64,000 bases of DNA from Octopus sinensis (lineage: Eukaryota): contig NC_042998.1 of the NCBI RefSeq assembly GCF_006345805.1, forward strand, positions 139,996,001-140,060,000. The letters are read 5' to 3'. Numbering within the stretch: the first letter of the stretch is position 1; every line of letters starts with the position of its first letter. Of this stretch, positions 37,597 through 50,859 are shown in pieces. The position numbers and the translations under genes are program-made. Under the pieces are notes generated by a model. The model ran no database searches. It saw only the letters and a list, made by a program, of their open reading frames with translations, and had not been told where the DNA came from.

Positions 37597-37668
<72 letters not shown>
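37595..37668. repeat. Long near-perfect (TAA)n tract
   Basis: Direct inspection. Confidence 0.95.
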
Positions 37669-37671
<3 letters not shown>

Positions 37672-37718
37672 TCAAAAAATACCTTAGGAACGATAACCCA
37701 GGTTTGAAATTTCCCCAA

Positions 37719-37764
37719 GACATCTGATGAAGGCTGGAGAGTATATCAGCCAAAACATTGTGTT
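37719..37764 (+). ncRNA. Degenerate minimal (Penelope-type) type I hammerhead, probably inactive
   Basis: CTGATGA(37724-30), stem II GGCTG/CAGCC, then AAAA CATT GTGTT where GAAA CGTT GTGTT is expected; both changes fall at CpG positions. Confidence 0.55.
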
Positions 37765-39240
37765 AACAACAAACAAGATGAGGACAAATATCCATCAAAT
37801 GTAAATAATGTACATAATTCCTCATCTCCTAAATATAGAACTGTAATATTTTAAGGGTAGTGGATTTGCAGAGTTCATTAAACTTAAATGCCTTCTGGTT
37901 CCTTATGTTCTGATTTCACATTTCAACAAGGTTAATTTTGCCATTCATAAAAGAAAGTACCAATAAATTAGTAGGGTTCATTTAATCAACCAGCCCCTTC
38001 CTCCAAAACTGATAGCTTTGTGTCTAAATGAGTAGTAATTATTGTTTTAAGAGTGGAGTAGAAAATCATTAAAAGCATCAGACAATATGCCTTGTGTTAT
38101 TTCTTCTGGCTCCTTATGTTCTGAGTTCAAATCTTGCTGAAGTCACCGTTGACTTCCATTCCTTTGGAGCCTAGTAAAATGAAGTACCAGTCAAGTACCA
38201 GGGTTCATTTCATCAACTATCCCCTTCCCTACAAAAAATTTCCAACCTTGTGCCTATGTTAGAGATAAATAATAATGATGATGATGATTGTGGCGGTGGC
38301 GGTGATGATGATAATGATGATGATGATGGTGGTGGTGGTGGTGGTGGTGGAGCTTTCTAGCTCTTCCAGATCAATTTCACCTTCTCTTCTAAAATATGAG
38401 TTATGTAACTCCTCTACATCCCGGGGACCTTTTCTGCTCTTGCCCTTTCTGTCATTCTTTAACCCTTCATTCCCTAGCATAAAACTTCCCACCTTACAGG
38501 TTGCCATGCAATCTTACAGGCTGCATGGCAACCTCACAAGTGCTGATGGCACAAAACTAGCATCCAGTACATTCCTTAAATTGATTAACATGAGAAGGGC
38601 ATGTAACTATAGAAACCATGCAAAATCAGACACTGGAGTATGATGCAGCCCTTAGACCTGTTGGCTCCTTAGCATTAAATGATTATTATGATGGTGTCTC
38701 ACTATATTATGAGTTCAAATTCCACCAAGGCCTGCTTTGTTTTTATAGCACTCTATGGTCTCAAAAGCTGATGCTGATTCAGTTACGGCTCCTCTACCAT
38801 ATGCCAAAGTTAGTAAAAATAAAGTTCTTTCCCAAATGATATAAACTCATGAGGGCTGATTTCCCAGTTTCCATGATATATATATATTCCCCACCTGAAC
38901 AGGGTGCTGATCCTTTGCAGCATTACTCATTTTTGCCAGCTGAGTGAACTGGAGCAACATGAAATGAAGTATTTTGCTCAAGAACACAACACCACCCAGT
39001 CCAAGAATCAAAGTCACAACCTTACAATCATGAGGCCAACACCCTAATGCCTCAATGCCAAAGTTAGAAATCATCATTATTATTTCAAAGATGTATAATT
39101 ACAGCATAGAAGACACATGGTGATGCTAAAATGGGCAAACATTTAGACATTATTTGTGGTCAAAATTTTCATCACACCAACTGTGACCTGGTCACTGATA
39201 TGATTCCGCTACAAGTAGTTTGAGGTGAGGTTGTGGGTCA

Positions 39241-39295
<55 letters not shown>

Positions 39296-39577
39296 AATAA
39301 GAAAATGGAGAAATAAATTTAGTTTGTTCATCAACTTTCGGATATTAGAATGTTGGATTATTTATTCATTTAACAAAATGAGAACCTCAATATCATACAT
39401 ATATATCTTATAATTCAATACATATGAGATAAGAATACAAATTATAAAAGTCATAATATAAATTATTAAAATCAATAAAATCACTTCTTATAGCTGTTTC
39501 AGCTGGGTACTTTACCAACAGTATATTGCATAGATAATATCCTATAGTGGGTTACACCCATAACTCCTATCTTACTT

Positions 39578-39629
<52 letters not shown>

Positions 39630-40203
39630 TTTCAGGGTTGGGTCATAAATATAATTTCATCTATATACATAGACACAGGCATGGCTGTATGGTAAGAAGT
39701 TTGCTTCCCAACCACATGGTTCAGGGCTCAGGCCCGCTGAATGGCACCTTGGTTAAGTGTTTTCCATTATAGCCTTGGGCCAACCAAAACCTTGTGAGTG
39801 GATTTGGTAGACAGAAACTGAAAGAAGCGTGTTGTATATATGTGTGTGTGTATGTCTGAGTTTTTGTCCCCACCACCGCTTGACAACCAATGTTGGTTTG
39901 TTTACATTCCTGTAACTCAATGGTTCAGCAAAAGGGGACTGATAGAATGAGTAGCAAGCTTAAAAAAAAAATAGCAATAAGTACTAGGGTCAATTCATTT
40001 GACTAAAACTTTTCCAAGGCTGTGTCCCAGCATGGCCTGTAGTCTAATGACTGAAGCAGATAAAAGATAAATAATAAATGTTTAAACAGTCTCTACGTGT
40101 TTTTGAGTGGCTAATATGTGCCTTCATTCCATGCTGTAATTGTCATTATTGTTGTTTACAGTTATTATTCTTGCTTTGATTTTCCTTAAATGAAATATTT
40201 CAG

Positions 40204-40333
40204 TGAATCCAAACTATCAGAAAAACTCAATGATTTGCAACAACAACACAGTAAAAAGGTTTCAGACATGGAAGAACAGTTCAGAACAACATACGCAAAC
40301 ACGGAAAAAAAATATAAAGAACTTAATAGCCAG
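40204..40333 (+). CDS. CEP112: CEP112-like exon f (SESKLSEKLNDLQQQHSKKVSDMEEQFRTTYANTEKKYKELNSQ)
   Basis: atttcag acceptor, GTAAA donor, 130 nt, phase 2/0; coiled-coil composition, but weak recalled identity to human. Confidence 0.85.
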
Positions 40334-40344
40334 GTAAATAACAG

Positions 40345-41385
40345 CTGTAGTTATTCCTGCTGTATATTGTGGCTATACAGTGATTGTACAGGGTTATATT
40401 GTAGTTATACTGTGGTTATGCAAGGGTTATACAGTAGTCACATGCTAGTTATACAATGGTTATACAGTGGTTTAGTCATACAGTGGTTGTATAGTGGTTG
40501 TATTGTGGATGTATTGTCTTTATACTGTGGTGGTTATACAATGGATATATGTTAGTTATATGATGGTTATACAGTGGTTATACAATGGTTATACTGAGGT
40601 TGTATGTTAATCATACAATGGTTATACTGTGGTTGTATGTTAGTCATATGATGGTTATACAGTGGTTTTATAGTGGTTATACTGTGGTTGTATTGTCATT
40701 ATACTCTGGTGGTTATACAAAAGTTATAATATGGTTACATGTTACTCATATGATGGTTATACTGTGGTTTTACAATAGTTATACTGTAGTTGTATTGTGG
40801 TTACATAGTGGTTGTACTGTTATTATACTGTGGTGGTTATTCAGTGGTTATACTGCCGAAGGCACGTGGTTCAGTAGTTAGAGCATTGGGCTCACAATCA
40901 TGAGGTGGTGAGTTCGATTCCTAGACCAGGCTGCGTATTGTGTTCTTGAGCAAGACACTTTATTTCACATTGCTCCAGTTTGCTCAGCTGTAGAAATGAG
41001 TTGCATCGTCAGTGGTGCCAAGCTGTATCAGTGTTTGCATTTCCCTTGGATAACATCAGTGGCATAGAGAGGGGAGGCTGGTATGCATGCATGAGTGACT
41101 GCTGGTCTTCCATAAACAACCATGTTTCAGAAGGGGACTTTCTAGGTGCAATCCTATGGTCATTCAGGACCAAAGGGGGTCTTTACTCTTACCCGTTATG
41201 CAGTGGTTATACAATGGTTATACTGTGGTTGTATTGTTATTATATGATGGTTTACTGTGGTTGTATTGCCGTTATACTGTGGTGGTTCTACAGTGGTTAT
41301 ATAATGGTTATATGCTAGTTATACAATTGTCATACTGTGGTTATATGGTGGTTGTACTGTTGCTATACTGTCTTTTTGAAATAGC
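40345..41385. repeat. Degenerate 11-bp minisatellite (GGTTATACWGT) split by a SINE D
   Basis: e.g. ggttatacagt-ggttatacaat-ggttatactga; arms about 40345-40855 and 41195-41385. Confidence 0.8.
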
Positions 41386-42800
41386 ATGAAGGCTGCAAGT
41401 TGGCTGAGGCATTACAGTGTTGAATAGAATATAGACAGCTTCATGGTATTTGTTCCACCTCTCTGAGTTCAGATCCTGCCACAGTCAACTTTATTTAATA
41501 TGCCTGTCAAATATATAATGCTTGTTTATTTTATTCTTTTATTTGTTTCAGTCATTTGGCTGCGGCCATGCTAGAGCACCACCTTTAATCAAGCAAATCG
41601 ACTCTAGGACTTATTCTTTGTAAGCCTAGTACTTATTCTATCGGTCTATTTTGGCGAACTGCTAAGTTATGGGGATGTAAACACACCGGCATCGGTTGTC
41701 AAGTGATGTTGGAGTGGCAGACACAAATGCACACACATACACACATATATACGATGGGCTTCTTTCAGTTTCCATGTACCAAATCCACTCACAAGGCTTT
41801 GATCGGCCTGAGGCTATAGTAGAAGACACTTGCCTAAGGTGTCACACAGTGGGACTGAACCCAGAACCATGTGGTTGGGAAGTAAGTTACTTACTACACA
41901 GCCTGCTCATTTATTCATGTTGTTTTGAATTAATCATGCGTTATTTTGTAGTTTAGAGATTTTGATGACGTGATTGATTATTTTTAGGATGACATCACAG
42001 GATAAGTGTGAGAAGCCAGATCTGGTCAGTTTGAACATAACACAGGGAGAATATTTCAACCGGATTTGACTGGTTTAAATGCTAAAAGGTTAAGGTTGAT
42101 GAGAAAGTACCAATCCAGAGACTCATGCAAAATGCTTAGCAGTATCTGTTCTAGCTCTTTGTACTCTGAGAGCAATGTCTCAGTTGAGCGCTGGGGGTTG
42201 ATGTAATTGACTTGGTCCCTGCCCCGAAATTACTGGCCTTGTGCCAAAATTTGAAACTAGTATTGGTGCCAAGTTGTTTTGACCTAAGTTGGTGGCCATC
42301 CCTTTGGATATAAACATTGAAGGCACGGAGGGAAGAGACATGCATTCATTTAAAAATATCATGCTTAGAGTTTTGTATACTTGTGCTGATGCATGTTCGA
42401 GTGACTGATGGGGGGGGGCTCCTGTATGCACACATGTGCATATGCATATGTGCGTGTGTTCTTTGTGTTTTTTCCTCACCATTTGACAGCTGGCATTGGT
42501 TTGTTTAGTCGCTCTAACATAGTGATTCACTGAAAGAGACTGATAAAATAAGTATGAGACTTTAAAAAAAAAATATTAAGTATTGGGGTTAATTAATTCT
42601 ACTAAACCCTTCAAAGTGGTGCCCCAGCCTGGCCACAGTCCAATGGCTGAAATAAGTAAAAGATAAAAGATAAAGAAGGTCTGTTAACAGTATTATAGCA
42701 ATGATTTAATGGTTTTTCTTAGACAAAGTTGAAATAATGCTCATAGCACTGTAATCTTTATGAGATATATATATAATTAGTAGCAAATACTGTTAATTAA

Positions 42801-43083
42801 CCCTTCCGTTTATATTTCTTTTGGAATATTTTGCCTTTGTTTCACTTGATTTTGAAGAATTTAGTAGAACAACTTTGTCACTATTAAGCTGGTGTTTGGA
42901 ACGTGAATTAAGAGGAAACTTTGATGGAAGATTTTAATTTAGATCACTTTAACCCTTTTGTTACCATATTTCTGTTGAAAAATACTGCTTTTGTTTCAAT
43001 TAATCTTGAAAATAAAGAAGAATTTAGCAAAATAATTTTGTCCTTAGTAAGCTGGTGTTTGGAATATAAATTCAACTTGAAAC
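42801..43083 (+). mobile_element. Two stacked truncated TTAA-CCCTT MITE copies related to family E
   Basis: TTAA-CCCTT starts at 42797 and 42949; share GAATTTAG..AAGCTGGTGTTTGGAA with each other and with family E. Confidence 0.65.
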
Positions 43084-43123
43084 ATGTTCTGCTGTGTAAA
43101 AATGAATACTTTTCTCTTTGCAG

Positions 43124-43216
43124 CTATCAGAATCGAATATTGAACAAGGAAAATGTATCCAGCAGCTAAAGCAGAAACTCCAAGACACAGAAAGTGAACG
43201 GCACAGACAAATTAAG
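43124..43216 (+). CDS. CEP112: CEP112-like exon g (LSESNIEQGKCIQQLKQKLQDTESERHRQIK)
   Basis: tttctctttgcag acceptor, weak GTTGTT donor, 93 nt, phase 0/0. Confidence 0.88.
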
Positions 43217-45418
43217 GTTGTTGTTTTTTTGTTGTTTTTTTTCCACCTTATCTTGGCTTTGAAAGTTATATTGGTTAGGAGTGGCTTTCATCTTAGGTGA
43301 ATGTCAGCCAGGTGAAAATGATATTAGTTTCTCAGTTAAAAAAAACAAAAATCATGTGTTTTTACTTTCTTTTGCTGGTAGCATGGACAAGACACTAAAT
43401 TTTTATCTGTCCTATTTACTTGACAAGCAGAATAAAGTAACTGTGGAAACTGAAAAGTGCGTAGAGAAACAAGTTATGCTTTAAAATGTTTCTCTTTCAA
43501 ATCATAGAGCCAATATAATGTTCAAATATAAAATTCTGAAATAATGGGGGAACCACAGTCTCAGAATGACAGATATACATAGATGTCTCAAAACAGACTA
43601 TGGAGCCTGGTGCAGCCCCTGGCCTTACAAGATATGGTCAAACTGTCCAAGATATGCCAGCACAGAAAACGGGTATTTAATGATGATGATAATCTTAAAA
43701 GTAAATAGATACCATCATTCTTGAAAGATTTATTTCTAGAAACAAAATAATGAAATTTCATGCATTTGAATACTTACTCTAGTATTTCCTAGACATGATT
43801 TTGTGTATAAAATAGCAAGTTTAAAGTACTAGGTGGTATGTGCACAGATAAAACAGTATAATGAGAGGTATCTATTTACTTTTGAGGTGTTTGTCTGTAT
43901 AGAATGAATGGGAGAAGGAAAAGCGATTACAATTTTCAGGATCTCTGGAGGGCATACATACTGCTGTATGACAATACCTATTATTATTATTGAGTGAGAG
44001 AGCAGTGCATGCCATCAAAGTGACACTTGGGTACAAATATACAAAGCCCAGTATACCCATCATGACTACCTGTCTGATAAGGGTACACCAGACACATGTG
44101 TCATAACCATATGTGTGCAACATAGTGACCTTATGTCAAGATAAACAGTGTATGACCTTGCAAGTGGGGCCCAGTTAGAATTTTCTTCAGATTGAGTAGC
44201 CCATCCCACTCAAAAGCTCCCTAAATGAGAGTTATTTAAGGATGTTGAATGAAACTCCCATGTTTCCAGAGGTGAATTATTCAAACCCCAAAGCATTCCT
44301 CTCAATACATGGCTATAATGTTCTCTCACTACTCCTGCTCATGATCAGAGATGCATATATTGTCAGCCACTAAGGGACATATTCAACTGGTCAATCAACT
44401 GACAAGCAAATCTGTAGTATTGAGCAATTATTATTATTAATAACTATAATACTCATAATAACAACAACAATAATAGTAATAATCTTTTCTATTATAGGCA
44501 CAAGGCCTGAAATTTGGGGGAGGGGGATAGTCGATTACATCGACCCCAGTATTCAACTGGTACTTAATTTATCAACCCTGAAAGGATGAAAGGTAAAGTT
44601 GACCTCGGCACAATTTGAACTCAGAATATAATAATGATAATAATAATGGTTGTCATTATCGTCCTCATTTAGTGTCTATGTTCCATACTGGCATCGGTTG
44701 CATGGTTTGACAAGATCCAATCCAATGAGCTAGATTACTGCATCCAATGTCTACTTTGGCAGGGTTTCTACATCTAGATGTCTTTTCTAATGCCAATCAC
44801 TTTACATATTATAACAGGGTGCTCCTTTCTTTAGTGGCAACAGCAGGTATGAAGTCACCAAGTAATTTCCAACACCATACCCCTCAACTGAGTAAGAGTG
44901 CAGTATTGAGGGAGGTGTCTGTGTGTCAGGTGTTGGGAGGCTAAAGTGTGATAAAGGGACAAGAACTATTATTAATGAGACAGAAGGTCAGAAGGACAAC
45001 GGAATCATTATTAGAGTGTTGGGTAAAATACCTTACAGTTCTTGTTCCAGCTCTTTACATTCTGAGTTTGAATCCTATTGGTGTCAGCTTTGCCTTTCTT
45101 CCCCCAGGAGTTGATGCAATAAAGTACTGGTCATAGACTGAAATCAATGGTATCTACTGACCCTTTCCTCTAAATTGCTCACCTTATGTCTAAATTAGAA
45201 ATAATTACATAATGAGGCAAAAATTATTTAAAAAAATTTTTTAAACCCCTGAGTTATTCTCACTGTGGTACAGAGCTAATGAGTTTGCTTTCCAACTACA
45301 TGGTTCTGGGTTCAGTCCCATTGCATGGCACCTTGGGCATGTGTCTTCTACCATAGCCTCAGACCGACAAAATCTTGTGAGTGAATTTGGTAGACAGAAA
45401 CTGAAAGGAAACCGTTAC

Positions 45419-45460
<42 letters not shown>

Positions 45461-45864
45461 CAGTGTGTGTGCAAGGGTTTGTGTGTGTCTCTTTGTGTCT
45501 GTGTTTGTTCCTCACTACCAACAATCGGTGTTGGTGTGTTTACATCCCCCATAACTTAGTGGTTCAGCAAAAGTGTCAATAGAATAAATACCAGGCTTAA
45601 AAAGAAAATTAGTTGTGGGGTCAATTAGTTAACTAAAATTCCTTAAATTGGTGCTCCAGCATGTCTGTAGTCTAATGACTGAAACAAACAAAAGAATAAA
45701 AACCAAACACTGGGAGAAGGTTTAATGTGTCTCTTTTAGTGAAAGAATGAAATCAGAGAATAAAAAAATCATTTTTTATGTTTTTATGATTATTTTATTG
45801 AAGTGAGATTATGGTATTACTTCCTTTCAATTGTCTCAATTGATGTATTTTTTTTTTTTTACAG

Positions 45865-45924
45865 GAATTAGAAAACACTTATAATGCTGATAAACATCAT
45901 CTGGAAGAGCTCCATGATAAACAG
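45865..45924 (+). CDS. CEP112: CEP112-like exon h (ELENTYNADKHHLEELHDKQ)
   Basis: poly-T + acag acceptor, GTGAA donor, 60 nt, phase 0/0. Confidence 0.88.
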
Positions 45925-45959
45925 GTGAACTTGCAATTTTCTTCCCTGCAAACTAGTAT

Positions 45960-46260
45960 TCATCATCATCATCATCATTTAACATCCATTGTCCATGCTG
46001 GCATGGGTTGGATGATGTGACTAGAGCTGGCAAGCTGGAAGGCTGCACCAGACTCCAGTCTGATTTGGCATGGTTTTCTACAGCTGGATGCCCTTCTTAA
46101 CACCAACCACTTTACAGAGTGTGCTGGATGCTTTTATGTGGCACTGGATGAGTGCTTTTATGTAGTATTGCACAGGTGCTTTTATGTGGCACTGCACAGG
46201 CGCTTTTATGTGACACTGCACAGTTGCTTTTACGTGGTGCCACATGGACGCTTTTTACTA
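45960..46260 (-). mobile_element. SINE family C (representative; about 18 copies), (TGA)n tail
   Basis: Shared TTCCATGCTGGCATGGGTTGGA..CAGCTGGATGCCCTTCCTAA(T/C)GCCAACCAC core with (CAT)n on the plus strand; e.g. 5385-5580, 6430-6650, 26085-26270, 48500-48720, 58820-59090; opposite orientation at 22790-22985 and 33440-33680. Confidence 0.8.
46127..46258 (+). repeat. 24-bp tandem array (GGTGCTTTTATGTGGCACTGCACA, about 5.5 units) within SINE C
   Basis: Units start at 46127, 46151, 46175, 46199, 46223 and 46247; related array at about 58985-59090. Confidence 0.85.
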
Positions 46261-48500
46261 CTTTGTCACTAACACTATCATCACTACTGACTGACATCAC
46301 CTTTACTAGAAACCATTGCTACCAAAACAATGACACCCTGACTAAGGTGGCCTTTTGTAGAGTCTTTAGCATATCAGATAAATACTCATGCTATTGTGGA
46401 AGCATGGAGATTAGTGGTTATAACATTGGACTCATGATCATAAGACTGAGGTTTCAATTCCTGGACTGGGTCATGCATTGCACTCTTGAGCAAAACACTT
46501 AATTTAACACTGCTCAAGTCCACTCAGCTGGCAAAAATTAGTAATCCTGTGATGAACCAGTGTCCCATTAAGGGGAGGAATATATAACGCCACAGAATCT
46601 GGGAATCTGGCCTTGTGAGTCTGTGGCTTAAGAAGGAATTTCAATCTTTGTTTTGTTTTTTTTTTGTTTTTTTTTGACTCATGCTCTTTGACTTTCACTC
46701 TTTCTGCTCTGAGTTCAGATTCTTCCATGGTTAACCTTAGCTTTCCTCTTCCTTTCAAGGTAAAAAAAAAATGTGCTAATCCAGGGCAGTGACTTGGAGG
46801 AACTTTAAGATCTTTTGATCAGATGATTTGTGGTATTTGTTCTAGTGCATTTCATTTCAAGTTCAAATTTCACCATGGCCTACATGGATGGGAGACTCAA
46901 TCCATATGTGTGTATGCACACACCTACACATATTCACACACAAATACACAGTGGCATGCACACAGACAGCTACAGACAATCTCATGCATAGATACATATA
47001 CATGTACAGTTACAGCCAAGAGTTAAAATAAAAACAAAAAAATCTGCAATGTTTGCACAGGCAGAACTATCACCACCACTCCCACTACTACTTCTAGAAA
47101 TTACCATCACCATATTAAGCTTGACTTCTTACGCTATTATTACAGGACAAATAATTCTGTTGAATAGTCTGCCCCCACCATTTCTCTGCAACTGTTCCTA
47201 GCTCGCTGCAACTCTCTGAAACAAATCTATTATATTTCTGTCTTGCTCCACTCCATAACATTAGTCAGTAGTTTAATAATGCATTTATTTCCCAATAGTC
47301 ATCGGCTGTTCTCACCTCATTGCATTCCCATAACAATCAAATCACACTTTTTAATTTTCTAAACTTCTTCGTATAATCTTGAAGCTCCACAGATTCAAAT
47401 CATGATTCCATCCATCTTTAGTTTGATTTCAAGTTTCCACACTCTGTCTCACTAAGTAACAACAAGCATACAAACAATATGCATGGAAATACACACACAC
47501 ACACACACACACTTTCTCTCTCTTTCATACAGACATATATACAGATACATGCATACTTGCATGTATATATGCACATGCACAGGCACACACATAGGTGTAT
47601 GCACACACACACTTACACATTCTCACACACACACACACTGTCACGCACATATAAACATACAGACGTTTTTATTCATGTGGTTATTGCATACACATATCCA
47701 TATATACATGCAGAAATATATACACACTTACACACACTCACACACACACGCACACACACCCTGGAGACTGTCATGCTCACAGACATGTACAGACTCTCAT
47801 ACAAACACACAGACACGCATAGACTCTTATTTATGCTCATGCACACATGTACATACACACATGCATTGACATAGTTTTCCTTCTCTCTGAGATGACTGTC
47901 TGTACACACAACATCACTATATATGGGATACTGAGGTGTTCTGATAAAAATCAGTTTACTAATTTCTACAGATGGAAGTTTTCTTATCTCTTGGCTACTA
48001 TAAAACACTCACTGGTTCCGCCACTTTCACCAAATCTCAGGTTACCAAGGTAACGCAAGTTGTTTATCACTTCAATACACCTTGTCCAAATAAAATTGAA
48101 CTTCTTCTAGCTTCCCATTTACTATATAACTAAACTGATCACTGTAATGGTGGTGTTTAAAGAACAGGTTGCTTTATGTTATTAATTTATCAATTTGCAC
48201 AGAGGACAGCAAGAATCAAAATGATATTAGTTCTTAATATGTTTTGGCAAATTTAAATGTTAATATGTTAATCGTTATTGTATTTTGTTGTTGAAGAATG
48301 ACATCTTTCAGATAAATGTGTGTTCATAATATCATAATACACTTGGTTCATTTGGGTCAGGGTATTTTGTGACACCCAGTGTTTCGATATCATTGTCTCC
48401 TCAGCTAAAACTACCCTGGACTAATGAATTTAACAAGAGTTTGTGGCTCTTGCTTATAGAATTCAGCAAATAAATTATCTGCTGATGTGCATTGATGTCT

Positions 48501-48538
<38 letters not shown>

Positions 48539-49891
48539 TTAACATTCGTTTTCCATACTGGCATGGGTTGGATGGTTTGACCAGAGTTGGCAAGCAGAGG
48601 AGCTGCACCAGGTTCCACTCTGATTTGGCTAGATTTCTATGGCTGGATGCCCTTACTAATGCCAGCTGTTTTACAGTGTGTGCAGGGAGCAATTAATGTG
48701 GCACCAGCATGATTTAATGTGGAACAGGTATGGTGCCAACCAACAGTAATCATCATGGGTACAGTGGACAACAAGAATCATAACAATGATGTAAATATTC
48801 ATTCTTAATATGTTCCAGTAGATTTGAATGTGAATATGCTGGTCACTGTTGTATTTCACCATCAGAGAACACCATCTTCGTTCAGGTGATGTGTGTTGAC
48901 AAACACACTTAATTCATTGACTCAAGGGGACTTTGACACATGTGTTTTGACCTGGTTGTACCTCTTTAGTCAAAGCTACCCCCAGATCAATGGATCTGAG
49001 AGAGATTAGTGGCTCTTTTTTTACAGAATTCAGGAAGCAAGTTATTTATTGATGCATGCTGATGTTTGCCAAAGCAATAATTAATTACCAAGCACACAGA
49101 GAACAGCAAAAATCAAAATGATAACATGCATATTCATTCTAAATAAACTTTGCTACAAGACATTTTAGTCAGATAAGAGGAAAAAGTCTGGAGCTTGAAC
49201 CTGATTATGAAGTTTGGTATCACTCATTTTCTTTGATCAGTTTTGATCCTTTTATCATCAGGTTTCTTTATCACTGATTTCTAAATCAGACAGTTAAAAG
49301 GAATAAACCATGACTGAGGCTGTGCAAGAGTCATATTTTACTCTTGTTCATTTAGCCATGTTCATAAATGAAAATAAAACTGATGTTCTTTTTGTGAATT
49401 CAACTTAATGAGAGGTTACTTCCTTCTCTGCAGTGCTAACCAGGTGTGGTTGTGTAATTAAAAAATGTGCTTCCCAGTCCCATAGTTTTGGGTTCAGTCT
49501 TCTATAGTCCTTGGCCAACCAGTGCCTTGCTGAGTGGATTTGTCAGATGGAAACTGAAAGAAGCCCATCATTTACATACATATACAGTTTCTATCTACCA
49601 AATCCATTCACAAGACATTCGTCAGCCAGGGGCTGTAGAAAAAGATGCCCAAAGTGCTTCACAGTAGGATTGAACCCAAGCCCACATGACTGACAAATTT
49701 TGCCTTTGAAGGATCTGATCTCACAATTATAAGATACTATAACTAGCATACTAACTATCTATCCTCTGTGCTAACTACATATCTTCATTTTACCACTAAT
49801 ATAGATACTGAATTCATTGCTGATGAAATTAAATTTCCTTGACACATTTAAAACACAATGATTTTTTAAATCTTGTTTTATTTTTCTCTAG

Positions 49892-49971
49892 GTTCAGTCA
49901 CTTGAGAATGAATTATCACAAGCTCAAATAAAGTATCTTAAATCATTACAAAAGCTGGAATCAGTGGTCAG
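49892..49971 (+). CDS. CEP112: CEP112-like exon i (VQSLENELSQAQIKYLKSLQKLESVV)
   Basis: tttttctctag acceptor, GTAAA donor, 80 nt, phase 0/2. Confidence 0.88.
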
Positions 49972-50859
49972 GTAAATACATAAAAACATATTTAAGCTAT
50001 AGCTGTAATAAGACATAGACATAATAATATCATTCCTAAAAATTAGTGTATCTAAATTACCATTGTTAATCAAAGTTTTCAAAATTTCTTGCAAGCTGTT
50101 GAAGGAAGGTAAGACATGGAATTTTCAACCTGAGCACAGTGTTAAGAGTAACTTGTTTGACAGGTAATATGCAGTGGATATATATATATCATCTTTGTTT
50201 TAATGATCACATTTGCATGATTATATGCGTCAAACAGAATCTTGTTGAGGCAGATTTTTTTAGACAAATGCTCTTCATGTCACCAACCTTCACCAGTTTC
50301 CCCTTGACCCAACATGTTTTCACAGAGGATTAACAAAGGAAGCTACTTGCATGATGGTAACATTCATTTACAACTATCACATGAAATCAAGGAAAGGAAA
50401 CACACACACACACACACACACACACATGATGAGCTTCCTTCACTTTCTGTCCACCAGATGTACTCAAAAAGCTTTGATTTTACTTTAGGCTATAGTAGGA
50501 AACACTTGCCCAAGATGCCATGCAGTGGGACTGAATCTAAAGCCATGTCTTGGGCCAACCAAAGCTTTGTGAGTGGATTCTGTAGATGGAAACTGAAAGA
50601 AGCCCGTTGTATATATGTATATATATATATATGTTTGTATGTCTATGTTTGTCCCCCCCCCCCCCAACATAGCTTGACAACCGATGCTGATGTGTTTACG
50701 TCCCCTGTAGCTTAGCAGTTCAGCAAAAAGAGACCAATAGAATAAGTACTAGGCTTACAAAGAATAAGTCCTGGGGTCAATTTGTTCGACTAAAGGTGGT
50801 GCTCCAGCATGGCTGCAGTAAAATGACTGAAACAAATAAAAGAATAATATATATATATA

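Noticed and set aside
46127-46258. Regularly spaced 24-bp repeats superficially like a CRISPR array
   Set aside because: Contiguous tandem units without unique spacers, inside a eukaryotic SINE
49225-49275. Minus-strand CTGATGA near ..ATCAAAAC; other CTGATGA hits at about 36217, 49821, 54222 and 54961
   Set aside because: No compatible stem I/II/III and GAAA arrangement
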